A stretch of 64,000 nt of DNA from a bacterium. Lineage in GTDB: Bacteria > Patescibacteriota > Saccharimonadia > CAILAD01 > GCA-016700035. The notes under the pieces were generated by a model, which worked only from the letters and a program-made list of their open reading frames with translations, made no database searches and was not told the origin of the DNA. A program made the position numbers and the translations under genes. How positions within the stretch are numbered: position 1 is the stretch's first letter; every line of letters starts with the position of its first letter. This document shows positions 18,436 through 29,169 of the stretch, one piece after another. The stretch spans positions 590,790 to 654,789 of the forward strand of contig CP064998.1 in assembly GCA_016700035.1 (NCBI GenBank), read 5' to 3'.

Positions 18436-18800
18436 TAATTTTCCTCCTTTGGACGTGTAAATAGCACTGTAAACAAATAGTTTGTCAGCCACACAATAAT
18501 AGTTGCACCAACGGCCGAACTAAACTTATTAACCTGGAATGATGGGTACAAAAAGCTTGTTACATATAACATTGCAGCATTTACTACCAACATAAAAAGG
18601 CCCAATGTGAGCATAATTGCCGGTAGGCTCAGCAGTACAACAAGCGGACGAATTAGGGCATTAACAATACCAAATATCAAAGCTGCAATTAGCAAAGCAC
18701 CAATTCTTTCATCATAGGTTATGTTACCAACAAAAATCCGTGCTGACAGCCAAAGCCCTACGATATTTACAATCCAGGATGATAATATGCGTTTTAGCAT
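18435..18800 (-). CDS. Phage-holin-family (Phage_holin_4_2 / YvlD-like) small membrane protein
   Basis: About 120 aa, 3-4 TM, a G..L...I..G..NA.L-type pattern. Stop overlaps the secG start. Confidence 0.5.
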   Translation of the reverse strand: MLKRILSSWIVNIVGLWLSARIFVGNITYDERIGALLIAALIFGIVNALIRPLVVLLSLPAIMLTLGLFMLVVNAAMLYVTSFLYPSFQVNKFSSAVGATIIVWLTNYLFTVLFTRPKEEN

Positions 18801-18821
18801 AACGGCGGTTATTATAGCAGT

Positions 18822-18983
18822 TTATAAGCTTTTTTTCGAGTCCTTAGGGTTGGTGGTGAGGCGCGCCAGCGTAAAAACTCCTTTGCCACTAACTCGCATC
18901 TTTTTTTCATTAGTATGCTTTCGATCGCGACTTTTTGCCCTAGCCGGAAGATTACTACGGGAAGCTTTTTTTGACTGCGCCAT
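18822..18983 (-). CDS. Small basic protein (53 aa), ribosomal-protein-like composition, translationally coupled to uvrC. Not in the ORF track (<60 aa).
   Basis: RBS aaggagagag inside the uvrC 3' end; ATG 2 nt after the uvrC TAG. Sequence MAQSKKASRSNLPARAKSRDRKHTNEKKMRVSGKGVFTLARLTTNPKDSKKSL. Confidence 0.35.
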   Translation of the reverse strand: MAQSKKASRSNLPARAKSRDRKHTNEKKMRVSGKGVFTLARLTTNPKDSKKSL

Positions 18984-18984
18984 A

Positions 18985-20442
18985 CTATACTCTCTCCTTG
19001 ATAATTTGAGCTAATTTTAATCCAACCACCAAGCTAATTTCCTCCACTGTAGCCTGCTTCAGCCCAGCAATACTTCCAAATTCACGCAAAAGTTTTTTAC
19101 GTGTAACTGGCCCTACTCCAGGGACTGTATCAAGAATACTTTGCTTGGTGCGAGTATCGCGCAGGCTAGTATGATAGGTTACTGCAAACCGATGTGCCTC
19201 ATCGCGAATACGCTGTAGTAACTGTAGTGTTTTACTGGCGTGACTTAAGGCAATAATCCGAAACTCACCATCTTCAACTAACTCTTTTTTAGAAACTTTT
19301 GCCGTCACCGAAACATCTTGCTGACGTTGGACAATCTGCTCGTGACGCTTGGCTAGCCCAACTGTTGGTACCTGTACTTTGAGCTCATCTAATACTTCTG
19401 TGGCAGCTGCCAATTGCCCTTTCCCGCCATCAATAATTATTAGCTGCGGAGTTGGCCAGTCGGTATGCCGTCCAGAAAAACGCCGTCGCATTGTCTCGGC
19501 CATCATAGCAAAGTCGTTTGGACCCTTAGATCGCATCTTAAACTTGCGATATTCTCGCTGAGCCGGAGTACCATTAACGAATACCACCATGCTCGAAACA
19601 GCATCTCCGCCCTGAAAGTTTGAAATATCATAACATTCCATGCGACGCGGTACTGCTTTTAGGCCCAGTCGATCAGCCAAGCCAGTGAGAGCCTGATCCA
19701 GAGTAATATCTAGCTCCTCTTGTCCACCAAAAATACTCTTACGCGACAAAGCCTTGAGTGCTGTGTATTGATCACGTAATTGAGCGGCTTGCTCAAAGTT
19801 TTGACTTTTGACAGCTAGCGCCATCGATCTTTCCAGCTCCTTAACTAGCTTTGTACTTTTACCTTCTAAAACTAAGCTAAGTCGCCTAATGTTATTTCGA
19901 TAATCAGCACGCGCTATGTCGGGCTTAGGCGCCACACCAATTTGATACTCCAGGGCCGACGCTTGCACCATCCGAGAGTCTGAAAAGTACGGAAAGATCC
20001 GACGCAAATAACGCAGTGCCTCGCGCACCATACCAGCAGATATAAATGGGCCAAAGTATCTAGCCTTATCGTCGGCTGGCCGGCGTACAATCGTGACTTT
20101 TGGAAAATCCTCCTGTGTAGTAATTTTGATATAAATAAAATTTTTATCATCTTTATCGCGTATATTATATAGTGGCTTATAGCGCTTAATCAGCTCAGCC
20201 TCAAGAAATAGGGCCTCCACCTCACTAGCCGTCACAATCCAATCAATACTTGAAATATTTTCTACCAGTACTGTGGTCTTTTTATCGAGATGCTTTTTAG
20301 TAAAATACGAGCGCACCCGACGCTTCAGAATTGACGCTTTTCCAACATAAATAATTGCGCCACAACTATCTTTATATAAATAAACTCCCGGAGAATCCGG
20401 TAGATCTTTTAGTCTTTGCTGAAGATTATGTGGGGCTGACAT
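18985..20442 (-). CDS. uvrC: Excinuclease ABC subunit C (UvrC), short form
   Basis: N-terminal GIY-YIG (GVYLYKD...IYVGKA), UvrC central domain, C-terminal HhH (VPGVGPVTRKKLLREFGS). Confidence 0.85.
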   Translation of the reverse strand: MSAPHNLQQRLKDLPDSPGVYLYKDSCGAIIYVGKASILKRRVRSYFTKKHLDKKTTVLVENISSIDWIVTASEVEALFLEAELIKRYKPLYNIRDKDDKNFIYIKITTQEDFPKVTIVRRPADDKARYFGPFISAGMVREALRYLRRIFPYFSDSRMVQASALEYQIGVAPKPDIARADYRNNIRRLSLVLEGKSTKLVKELERSMALAVKSQNFEQAAQLRDQYTALKALSRKSIFGGQEELDITLDQALTGLADRLGLKAVPRRMECYDISNFQGGDAVSSMVVFVNGTPAQREYRKFKMRSKGPNDFAMMAETMRRRFSGRHTDWPTPQLIIIDGGKGQLAAATEVLDELKVQVPTVGLAKRHEQIVQRQQDVSVTAKVSKKELVEDGEFRIIALSHASKTLQLLQRIRDEAHRFAVTYHTSLRDTRTKQSILDTVPGVGPVTRKKLLREFGSIAGLKQATVEEISLVVGLKLAQIIKERV

Positions 20443-20534
20443 GAAATTATGGGGTATTTTTACTTGCTTTTTATATGATTTTATTGTACCATACCGCCAA
20501 GTTGCACCTACAGCCTTCAGAAAGGAGGTTACAT

Positions 20535-20819
20535 ATGCCGGGAATGTATGCTGTGTCGGACTTCCTGCAACGCTTCGGCAACTCGCTGGAGCTCACAACT
20601 GACTTGACTACACTGCTAGATATCTGGCAGCAAGTCGAAGAGCATGGCTTCATGAATCAAGCCTTGCAGCATGAAGCTAATACTCAAGTGCAGATGATTC
20701 GGACGAAGTACGGCCTCTCAGCTGATGACATCATAATCATCGACGATAATGAGGAAGCCTTCCGAGCTCATCTCTCGCACCCATCCCGCCCTCAAGTCAA
20801 CAAGGAGCTGTCGGCATGA
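20535..20819 (+). CDS. Hypothetical protein, GC-elevated. Start chosen at MPGMYAV after the RBS.
   Basis: gaaaggaggttacatATG. Local GC is about 52%, against about 43% in flanking DNA. Confidence 0.4.
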   Translation: MPGMYAVSDFLQRFGNSLELTTDLTTLLDIWQQVEEHGFMNQALQHEANTQVQMIRTKYGLSADDIIIIDDNEEAFRAHLSHPSRPQVNKELSA

Positions 20820-20844
20820 CACCCTTACCTCAAAGGTGGGCTTA

Positions 20845-20874
20845 CTCCCCCTAGTCGCTACAGGCTAGGGGGAG
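20845..20874. terminator. 10-bp perfect hairpin between convergent genes (bidirectional terminator candidate)
   Basis: ctccccctag-tcgctacagg-ctagggggag. Confidence 0.5.
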
Positions 20875-20882
20875 TTCTCGCG

Positions 20883-23009
20883 CTACTTCGCTACAGCCTT
20901 TGCTTGACACCACAGTATATAGCAATGCACCGAAGTTTTAATTGCAGTTGGCACACCCAAACTACCGTCAGACTGCTCCGGCACCACCGCTAGGGTATAT
21001 TCTGCCGAATGTATAGCCGGCAAAGCAATCCGATTAAATCCACCAAATTTAATAGAGCGCCTTAACCCATCAACCACTGCAAGCTGTCGTTCAAGCTTAT
21101 TGGTTTTATTATCACGGCCATAAATATGAAACTTAGCTGCACCACCGGGAGCTTGCCAGCGTAAATCTACCAGCCAACCACCTTGGAGTAAATCAAGCTT
21201 AGTCTGAGCAGTTACCTGCGTCACAGTACCATTCGCTACCGCTGCTTTATCTGAACCCTGGGCCACCACAAAGGCGTCTTGAGTATAAGTATTAGCACAA
21301 GGGTCACCTCCAGATTGTGATTGGGTGGCTGCATTCTGCTTATATTGAGCGACAAATTTGCGGGCTTCCACTGGATCATAACCAAAGGAACGGATCTGAT
21401 CATCTGTCACCTTATCAAAATCAAACTGCAATAACGATATACCAAGCACCCCTTCAATCGCAGCTATTTGACTAGCTCCATCGGCCGACCCCATACGGCA
21501 AGTAATTGTTTCGGTATTACCAATAGTTGCTGAGCTACCAGCCTGCATACGCAATTGTGCTACATAGCGTCGCACTTGGGCCGGATCATAACCAAAGGAA
21601 CGAATCTGGTCATCGGTCACCTTTGACCAATCAATTTCCCAGATTGACATCCCCAGCAGTCGCTCTATTTCATCAATTGGAATTGGCGCGGAACCAATCC
21701 CACCCGAACCAATTCCACCTCCCTTTGGAATACCCGACGGAACATCAACGGCGGGAGTTTGCGAGCCCATATTAAGATTGCCAGTCGGTATACTGATTGG
21801 TAACCATGAGGATGACGGTAATGCTACTCGTGCCGACAATAGCTGAGTATTATTAAGCTCTAAAGAAAAAGCAAAGCGCTGACCGACACCTTGCGATCCA
21901 GCCACCACACCATCAAAGTAGATGCTCTCACCAGATGGATCAAACCGAATACGCGCAGGCGAGGTCTGCAATGGTAGATATTCAAACTGAGCATTACTTT
22001 GAAATTGTCGGCTGGCAACCTGAAAGGCATAGAGTCGATTAGGATTCTGTGCACAGCCAGAGCCAGTTGGACAACCAGTGCCTACCATAATAATCTCTCC
22101 AGCCGGATTAGCATCAAAACTCGTAGCCGTACTGCCCACCGGATAGCTATCAATCTGCCCCTGGCTAGAGACCGCCACCAAACTAGACTGACCACCGGCT
22201 TGACCAAGTGTAAAAACAGTATTACCAATTTGACGCAGATTCAGACCATCAATACCCGATTGCTTAGGATACGTAACGGTACCTTTGCCCAACCTCTCGC
22301 GACCCCCATTAGCTGGATTAATGCGGTCGATGGTTCCGTCAGAATATGCCACCATCACACTGCCAAATGCCGACCCAAACCTAGTTGCCATACCATCCAG
22401 TGCTACCTTGTGTCTCACCCCACCATCAAGAGAATAAACCCAAACTTCCGTACCAACCGAATTTAATATGGCATAGCTAGAATTATCAACCATACGGACA
22501 GCCTGTACCCCATCACTTGGCCCATCGACGTATCGGTCAAACCGCATTGTTGCCAAATTAAACCGTGCCACTGCCATACCAGCATTGAGCCGACCACCCT
22601 GACATGGCTTTAGTCCGGCCAGTGCAAAGCCTCGGCTAACGTCAATCACCATGTCGTACATATAGGGCTTGGGCTGAGTTGGCGAACAGCCATTCAGGAT
22701 AGGTAAATTTGGAGCGGTTAATACACCTAATTTATTGCCATCGATAGGGTTAACGGCAATGAGAGAATTATGAAATCCACCCGCCTCATCGCCAATTACC
22801 ACTAACGTATTAACCTGCCCAGCACTAGCAAAGGTAGCTAAAACTGCGATCGTCCCAACCAGTACAAGTCCAATACCTAAAACTAGGGCAAGCTTTTTTT
22901 TAGGTCGATAACTGCCCTGTAAGTGACTGCTACCAATGTTGCGCTTAAAATGCTTAGCTATCCGAACCACCGACCCAGCAAAGCCCCAATGGCAACAATA
23001 AATTGCCAC
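20883..23009 (-). CDS. Large N-terminally anchored surface protein with a beta-propeller-like region and two internal repeats (..KVTDDQIRSFGYDP..R.FVAQ)
   Basis: ORF with TM near the N-terminus. The DWSKVTDDQIRSFGYDPAQVRRYVAQ / DFDKVTDDQIRSFGYDPVEARKFVAQ motif is repeated. Confidence 0.55.
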   Translation of the reverse strand: MAIYCCHWGFAGSVVRIAKHFKRNIGSSHLQGSYRPKKKLALVLGIGLVLVGTIAVLATFASAGQVNTLVVIGDEAGGFHNSLIAVNPIDGNKLGVLTAPNLPILNGCSPTQPKPYMYDMVIDVSRGFALAGLKPCQGGRLNAGMAVARFNLATMRFDRYVDGPSDGVQAVRMVDNSSYAILNSVGTEVWVYSLDGGVRHKVALDGMATRFGSAFGSVMVAYSDGTIDRINPANGGRERLGKGTVTYPKQSGIDGLNLRQIGNTVFTLGQAGGQSSLVAVSSQGQIDSYPVGSTATSFDANPAGEIIMVGTGCPTGSGCAQNPNRLYAFQVASRQFQSNAQFEYLPLQTSPARIRFDPSGESIYFDGVVAGSQGVGQRFAFSLELNNTQLLSARVALPSSSWLPISIPTGNLNMGSQTPAVDVPSGIPKGGGIGSGGIGSAPIPIDEIERLLGMSIWEIDWSKVTDDQIRSFGYDPAQVRRYVAQLRMQAGSSATIGNTETITCRMGSADGASQIAAIEGVLGISLLQFDFDKVTDDQIRSFGYDPVEARKFVAQYKQNAATQSQSGGDPCANTYTQDAFVVAQGSDKAAVANGTVTQVTAQTKLDLLQGGWLVDLRWQAPGGAAKFHIYGRDNKTNKLERQLAVVDGLRRSIKFGGFNRIALPAIHSAEYTLAVVPEQSDGSLGVPTAIKTSVHCYILWCQAKAVAK

Positions 23010-23335
23010 AACATAACAATCAACATCACTACCGAGCTAAATAGAATAATCAGTTTTTTTGCTGGGCTCAGTGCGCCAGCATACATAACCACTTGCTTAA
23101 ACTGAGCAAGAGCCAGCGGTATAAATACCACCGGCAAGAAAAGCCTTAACATCTGAGCCTCGGTAGTTGACTGTGGTTGGCACCAATTTTCAGCGTAGGC
23201 ACTACAGGCAATATCAGGAAATATTTTACCAATCAACCACAACAGCACTAGCTGAGCCATAAAAATAACTACCAGCCTTAAAAAACTTTTTCCAAGTGAT
23301 GTCGTCTTGGTTTTAGGGGAATTTGATGACTCCAT
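22958..23335 (-). CDS. Hypothetical membrane protein (4 TM)
   Basis: ORF downstream of uvrA. Overlaps the annotated start of the next gene. Confidence 0.4.
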   Translation of the reverse strand: MESSNSPKTKTTSLGKSFLRLVVIFMAQLVLLWLIGKIFPDIACSAYAENWCQPQSTTEAQMLRLFLPVVFIPLALAQFKQVVMYAGALSPAKKLIILFSSVVMLIVMLWQFIVAIGALLGRWFG

Positions 23336-23377
23336 TATGCTTATGATAGCTCGACTACGACCTATCTGGCAAATAGA

Positions 23378-26191
23378 CTATGTGAGAATGCGCTTAAGAT
23401 AGCGTCCAGTATGGCTCGCCGCAACTTTTGCGATAGCCTCTGGTGTCCCTTCGGCAATAATTGTACCGCCACCCGATCCACCTTCTGGCCCCAGATCAAT
23501 CACCCAATCGGCCGACTTAATAATATCTAGGTTATGCTCAATTATCAGCACACTGTTGCCCTTTTCCACCAGCTGATGCAAAACTTCCAGTAAGCGCTTA
23601 ACATCTTCAAAATGCAACCCGGTTGTTGGTTCATCCAAAATATAGAGGGTTTTACCCGTTGCTCGCCTGGACAGTTCAGAAGCTAACTTAATACGCTGAG
23701 CTTCACCGCCCGAAAGTGTGGTGGCAGGCTGACCCAAATGAATATAGCCTAAGCCCACATCATTGAGCGTGCCAAGCTTACGCTCGATAGTTGGGATATT
23801 AGCGAAGAATTCAGTTGCCTCTTCAACCGTCATCTCCAACACATCGGCAATCGTCTTATCCTTATAGGTAACCTCCAGAGCTTCACGATTATAGCGCTTA
23901 CCATTACAAGTCTCGCAAGTAACATAGACATCGGGTAAGAAATGCATTTCAATTTTTATGATACCGTCGCCCCTACAAGTCTCACAGCGCCCACCCTTAA
24001 CATTAAAACTAAACCGGCCGGCCGCATAACCTCGAATCTTAGCCTCGGGTACCTGAGCAAACAGGTCTCGAATATCGGTAAAAGCACCCGTGTAGGTAGC
24101 TGGGTTAGAGCGCGGAGTACGCCCAATCGGGCTTTGATCAATATCAATCACCTTATCAAGATTATCCGTCCCTTCAATCCGTGAATGTTTACCGGCCGGT
24201 TCTTGCGAGCGATGATATTCCTGACTGAGCTTACGCGCTAGAATATCATTTACTAAACTTGACTTGCCAGATCCTGAAACCCCCGAAACTACCGTCATAT
24301 TACCGAGCGGAATTTCGATATCAATATTTTTAAGATTATTTTCTGTCGCTCCAACAATCTTGAGTGATTTACCGTTGCCCTTGCGTCTTTTCGTTGGCAC
24401 CGCTATCTGCTTTGCACCCGACAAATATTGGCCTGTTATTGAATTCGAAACTTTAGCAACTTCATCTGGTGTGCCAGCTGCCACCACTTCCCCACCATGC
24501 ACTCCAGCGGCCGGACCAATATCTACCACATAATCAGAGGCCCGGATTGTATCCTCATCATGCTCTACTACAATTACTGTATTGCCGAGATTTTTGAGTC
24601 GCTGTAGGGTTTCGATTAAGCGATCATTATCGCGTTGATGCAAACCAATCGAAGGCTCATCTAAAATATATAACACCCCCATTAGTGAACTACCAATCTG
24701 AGTAGCTAGTCGAATTCGCTGGGCTTCACCGCCGGCCAGGGTATTAGCCGAACGATCAAGTGTGAGATAGCTCAAACCTACATCATTTAAGAAAGTTAGA
24801 CGTTCAGAAATCTCCTTAAGTATCTGCTTGGCGATCTTCGTATCGGTGGCATTCAAAGTTAAGCTGGTGAAATACTGCAAAGCTTTTTCAACCGACATTT
24901 CCACCACATCCGCAATCGACTTATCATTGATGGTAATTGCTAAAACTTCCGGCTTGAGGCGCTTACCCCGACAAACCGGACAGGTCATATGAGTCATGTA
25001 GCGCTCAATCTCTCCCTTCACAAAATCACTCTCACTCTCACGATAGCGTCGCTCCAGATTTGGGATCACCCCCTCAAAAGTTGTGGAATATGATCGTCCA
25101 CCCGGCCCTGGTACTTTAATGATTTCTTCTCCAGTTCCGTAGAGTACATTCATTAACTGTTCATGCGTCAGGCTCATAATTGGCTCGTCTAACGAAAAGT
25201 TATGGATCTGTGCCACGGCTTCCATCAGCTTGGTATACCAAGTCATCCGGCTTGTAGTGCGACTCCACGGCCGAATTGCCCCCTCATTAATACTCAGACG
25301 TTGATTTGGGATCACCAGTTCAGAATCCACCACGCGTAAAGAACCTAGACCGGTACAATTTGGACAAGCCCCGTGTGGAGCGTTAAAAGAAAACAAGCGC
25401 GGTTCAATTTCTGAGAGTGAAAAGCCAGAATTAGTGGTAGCGTAATGCTCGGAATAAACCTGCTCATTGTCAGTTTCATGTTCCTGCACAATAAGTACCC
25501 CTTCACCTAGCTTTAGAGCTTGCTCCACAGCTTCAGCCAGTCTCTGATGACTATCGGCATCTACCACCAAGCGATCTACTATCACTTCAACGGTATGCTT
25601 TTTTTGCTTTTCTAGCTCGATCACTTCATCGAGATCTACCACATCACCATCAATGCGAGCTCGCAAATAACCAGCCCTCTGTAATTCTGCTAGAACATGC
25701 CGATGTTCACCTTTTTTGCCTTTTATGACTGGTGCTAAAATAACTATTCGAGTACCCTGTGGGTGAGCTTCAATAGATTCAATAATCTGAGCCGAGGTTT
25801 GCTTAGTTAGTACTTCGCCGGTTTTTGGATCGTGCGGAATACCTATACGAGCAAATAAAAGTCGTAAGTAATCATAAATTTCAGTTACCGTAGCCACTGT
25901 TGATCGCGGGTTGCGACTAGTCGACTTTTGGTCAATCGAAATAGCTGGCGAAAGTCCTTCAATCTGATCTACATCCGGCTTCTCCATGAGCCCCAAGAAC
26001 TGCCTAGCATAAGCCGATAACGACTCCACATAGCGGCGCTGACCTTCGGCATAAATAGTATCAAAAGCTAGCGACGATTTACCGGAACCAGAAAGTCCAG
26101 TAATTGTGACCAACTTATCGCGCGGAATTTCGAGGTTAATATTTTTTAGATTATGCTCGCGAGCACCGCGAATAATCAATTTATCGTGCAT
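23378..26191 (-). CDS. uvrA: Excinuclease ABC subunit A (UvrA)
   Basis: Two ABC ATPase modules ([14 protein letters not shown] / [14 protein letters not shown]), LSGGEAQR signatures, zinc-finger CxxC pairs; 937 aa. Confidence 0.95.
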   Translation of the reverse strand: MHDKLIIRGAREHNLKNINLEIPRDKLVTITGLSGSGKSSLAFDTIYAEGQRRYVESLSAYARQFLGLMEKPDVDQIEGLSPAISIDQKSTSRNPRSTVATVTEIYDYLRLLFARIGIPHDPKTGEVLTKQTSAQIIESIEAHPQGTRIVILAPVIKGKKGEHRHVLAELQRAGYLRARIDGDVVDLDEVIELEKQKKHTVEVIVDRLVVDADSHQRLAEAVEQALKLGEGVLIVQEHETDNEQVYSEHYATTNSGFSLSEIEPRLFSFNAPHGACPNCTGLGSLRVVDSELVIPNQRLSINEGAIRPWSRTTSRMTWYTKLMEAVAQIHNFSLDEPIMSLTHEQLMNVLYGTGEEIIKVPGPGGRSYSTTFEGVIPNLERRYRESESDFVKGEIERYMTHMTCPVCRGKRLKPEVLAITINDKSIADVVEMSVEKALQYFTSLTLNATDTKIAKQILKEISERLTFLNDVGLSYLTLDRSANTLAGGEAQRIRLATQIGSSLMGVLYILDEPSIGLHQRDNDRLIETLQRLKNLGNTVIVVEHDEDTIRASDYVVDIGPAAGVHGGEVVAAGTPDEVAKVSNSITGQYLSGAKQIAVPTKRRKGNGKSLKIVGATENNLKNIDIEIPLGNMTVVSGVSGSGKSSLVNDILARKLSQEYHRSQEPAGKHSRIEGTDNLDKVIDIDQSPIGRTPRSNPATYTGAFTDIRDLFAQVPEAKIRGYAAGRFSFNVKGGRCETCRGDGIIKIEMHFLPDVYVTCETCNGKRYNREALEVTYKDKTIADVLEMTVEEATEFFANIPTIERKLGTLNDVGLGYIHLGQPATTLSGGEAQRIKLASELSRRATGKTLYILDEPTTGLHFEDVKRLLEVLHQLVEKGNSVLIIEHNLDIIKSADWVIDLGPEGGSGGGTIIAEGTPEAIAKVAASHTGRYLKRILT

Positions 26192-26360
26192 CTTGCCTCT
26201 TTCCTTTCGGGTAAAAATAGCCTGTAAGAATCTACCAAACTAGGGGCAGATTATACGCTGATTAGAGCAGTTTTTCAAGCCTCACATGCAGTACAATATT
26301 TTGCTATCCATAACCACTTTCGGGTATAATATTGCATAACTAATTTGGAGTAATACGTTT

Positions 26361-27071
26361 ATGCCGCCAGTTGGAACCACCCCCGACGCCAAACCATCCC
26401 TACCGCAAATCCCATCTGCTGGAGATACCAATGCTAAGGGTGAAGCTTATAAGCTGTTTAACGAGGCCAATGTAGCGCCTATTGCACCAGCTAATGTAAT
26501 GCCTCAGCCAGCTCCAGCGTTTGGCGAACAACCAGCACCGACTCCAACTGAACAGGCAACCCCCAAAGAAGAAGCCATCCCAACCGATGTTATGCCAGCT
26601 GAGCCAGGCGCCATAAAAGTGCCAGTTGCTACCACACCCAGTCCAACCCCCGTCGAAGCTACTCCGGACCCAATGACTGCTTTCGTACCAAAACCCTTAG
26701 AGACTAATATTACTCCGCCAGCTCCAGCAACAGCCCCACCGAGCCCAGCTGCTCCACCTAATTATCCAACGCCAGACTGGAACGCCATGGAAAGCTCCGC
26801 CAAGGCTGGCGCCGTACCCACCAACCCAAACTCTGAAGCACCGACTCCAGTAGCCTACGATGAACTAGAGCAATCTAAGCTTGATGCCGAAGTTGTTGGA
26901 GATCCAGAAATGCAAAAGTTTTATGAGTATGTAACCGATGACCCAAATGCAATGATTGCAATTCTACAGGGCGCCATGAAGGAAGATAGTGCTGAAAAAA
27001 GAAGTGAGAAGCTTAGAGCAATTTGGCCAACAATCAGCAAATGGGCTGCCAAAAACATTATTCCACGCTAA
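26361..27071 (+). CDS. Pro/Ala/Thr-rich low-complexity protein with a small C-terminal helical domain
   Basis: ORF, no signal peptide. A bidirectional terminator follows. Confidence 0.45.
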   Translation: MPPVGTTPDAKPSLPQIPSAGDTNAKGEAYKLFNEANVAPIAPANVMPQPAPAFGEQPAPTPTEQATPKEEAIPTDVMPAEPGAIKVPVATTPSPTPVEATPDPMTAFVPKPLETNITPPAPATAPPSPAAPPNYPTPDWNAMESSAKAGAVPTNPNSEAPTPVAYDELEQSKLDAEVVGDPEMQKFYEYVTDDPNAMIAILQGAMKEDSAEKRSEKLRAIWPTISKWAAKNIIPR

Positions 27072-27082
27072 CTAAAACTATT

Positions 27083-27120
27083 CTTTACCTAAAAAACCAC
27101 CTCTTAAATAGGTGGTTTTT
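27083..27120. terminator. Bidirectional rho-independent terminator
   Basis: aaaaaaccacctcttaaataggtggtttttt. Confidence 0.8.
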
Positions 27121-27142
27121 TAGGTCTTACGCTCGAGTTTAA

Positions 27143-28408
27143 TCAAGCAGCTTTTTTAAGAATATCCTGAATAACTCGTTCAGCATCTTCTAGCCTGCGG
27201 CGCTGCTCTGCAGAGAGCTGAATAATATCACCGGTATTTTCAGATGTTACTTCTGCCGTCTCGTTCACGGCCTTCTCAACTAGATTCTCTGAATTCTCTG
27301 GCGTAACATACTCTGCCTGATTAATACGGACATCTGAAACATCTGCTCCGCCAGCTACAGGTGGTTCTATTTCTTTATTATCACTATCAGCTTCAGCTAC
27401 AGGTGACCCTACTGCTTCTTTCAATTCTGTCGCTGAATCTATTTTGACCACCTCCGATTCTACATCTGGCTTTAGTTCTGGGAATGGCGTATCTTCTACT
27501 GTCGGTGCTGCCTCAGATTTATTACCGTCAGCTTCAATACCGTCGGCTTGCCCTAGACCCTCTATCTTCTCCTCTGTAGAATTAGCTTTTTCTTCTGGAT
27601 AGGTTGGATCCGAGTCCACTTTGCTATTCGTAGCGTCAGCAGCTGGCAGTGTTTTATTAATTTCAGCTTCAATGGCCGCCGCCTCATCAACTGCACTGGC
27701 CTCTAATTTGGCTGCAAAATCATCTGGCTTTTCTGGATTAACTAAAGCTTCGGACTCTGATGCTGCTAACTCCGATGACAACTCTGGCGAAGCTGGCGAC
27801 GTGCTTGTATCAACCGCACTACTCGATGTATCAACCTCAACCCCGGAACCATCAACCGCATCCTTTTTTTGCCATTGCTCTAACTGACCAAGCTCCGAGT
27901 TAGGCTCCTGAGATTCTGTATTATCCACTACAACTGTCTCTGACGAGGTATTTATTGCGGCTGATTCATTGGATGGTACCGCATCAACTTTAACTGCCGT
28001 AGAAAACTCACCAGGTGAAACGGGCTCAGGTGAACTATCCTCCGTATTGTCCTCGGTAGTCTCTTCAGCGGCCTCCGGTGCACTAACAGTATCTTGACCC
28101 ACATCACTTGCCTCAACCGGCGCGCTAATTTCACTCTCCGCCAACCCTTCTTGGCCTCCTGCTGACTCAGACTTTGCCTCTACCGGACTAACCGTAGCGC
28201 CCGACAGATCAACTGTTGCAGGACCCGCCCCAGCCATATCCATATGAGCCGGCGCAACCTCTCCACCTTCAACTGAGTTATGCTCACCCGTAGTATCCTT
28301 TATAGCAACCGCACCATCTTGGCCTTCTGCACCCTGCGCAACTGCAGGAGCCACAGCCTCTGGAGCCTCTGGCCCATGCGAGTGTAATAGTTCTCCAAAA
28401 AATCCCAT
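27143..28408 (-). CDS. Highly acidic, low-complexity (E/S/A/T/D/V-rich) protein without a signal peptide
   Basis: ORF, last gene of the uvrB-led transcription unit. Compositionally DNA-mimic-like, which is speculative. Confidence 0.5.
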   Translation of the reverse strand: MGFFGELLHSHGPEAPEAVAPAVAQGAEGQDGAVAIKDTTGEHNSVEGGEVAPAHMDMAGAGPATVDLSGATVSPVEAKSESAGGQEGLAESEISAPVEASDVGQDTVSAPEAAEETTEDNTEDSSPEPVSPGEFSTAVKVDAVPSNESAAINTSSETVVVDNTESQEPNSELGQLEQWQKKDAVDGSGVEVDTSSSAVDTSTSPASPELSSELAASESEALVNPEKPDDFAAKLEASAVDEAAAIEAEINKTLPAADATNSKVDSDPTYPEEKANSTEEKIEGLGQADGIEADGNKSEAAPTVEDTPFPELKPDVESEVVKIDSATELKEAVGSPVAEADSDNKEIEPPVAGGADVSDVRINQAEYVTPENSENLVEKAVNETAEVTSENTGDIIQLSAEQRRRLEDAERVIQDILKKAA

Positions 28409-28469
28409 AAAACTTTAACCCTCTTTTGCTTATTTTGTAGTTAGTATAACACAAAATATTTTTCTTATG

Positions 28470-29120
28470 CTAGCTTCGCGCACCACGCTGAGCTAACTCA
28501 AATTGTGTAATTGTCGCAACCGTCTGTTGCTCCAAATTTCGGGCAGCGTTGCCATATTGCGTTCTTGTTAGCCCTTCAAAAATCCTCTGTAATGTGCGGA
28601 GAGACTCAATCACTTTGGCTGCTGATATCTGAGCCGCTTTAGCCCCTTCTTCTCCGCCTGTTTGCTCAGCAACCCGCAAGCTGACAATTGCTGTTTCAAG
28701 TGACTGTGACACCACAGGTAGCTGATCAAGTCCTGGAATTTGATGTACATCTGGCCCAATAGCCATATTCATCAATGTGCGCATGTCATTATTATTCTGG
28801 ATATTGCGAATAGTATCAGCCGAATTGGCCAATTCGCGCATACTAGACAATATTTCACGCGACCGAGCAGCTGGCTCTCGGTTCGCTGGCATTCCTTTTT
28901 GTTCACCCGATACTGCAGATGTATTTTGATCGGCAGTCGATGGGGCTGTAGATTCTGATGCGTCAGGTTGAGTGCGCACCTCTAAGGCCTTTCGATCATT
29001 TGTTTCGGCTGCAATTTGTCGCAACGCATTAGTCGTCTCAACCGTTTTTGATGACAAGCCTTGATGCTGCTCGCCACTCATCGACCCACGAAACGCTTCT
29101 GTATTCCCAAATGTCGACAT
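28470..29120 (-). CDS. Hypothetical protein
   Basis: ORF in the same orientation between the acidic protein and the 424-aa protein. Confidence 0.45.
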   Translation of the reverse strand: MSTFGNTEAFRGSMSGEQHQGLSSKTVETTNALRQIAAETNDRKALEVRTQPDASESTAPSTADQNTSAVSGEQKGMPANREPAARSREILSSMRELANSADTIRNIQNNNDMRTLMNMAIGPDVHQIPGLDQLPVVSQSLETAIVSLRVAEQTGGEEGAKAAQISAAKVIESLRTLQRIFEGLTRTQYGNAARNLEQQTVATITQFELAQRGARS

Positions 29121-29169
29121 CTTAGGCTACATTATAGCACTTATGGTGTAGGTACGTCGACCAAGACCG

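Noticed and set aside
18721-19014. 97-aa + strand ORF between the holin-like gene and uvrC
   Set aside because: Antisense to the RBS-supported small basic ORF and the uvrC 3' end. No RBS.
23942-24533. Small ORFs inside uvrA on both strands (23942..24184+, 23956..24147-, 24264..24533+)
   Set aside because: Nested within a high-confidence 937-aa UvrA coding sequence.
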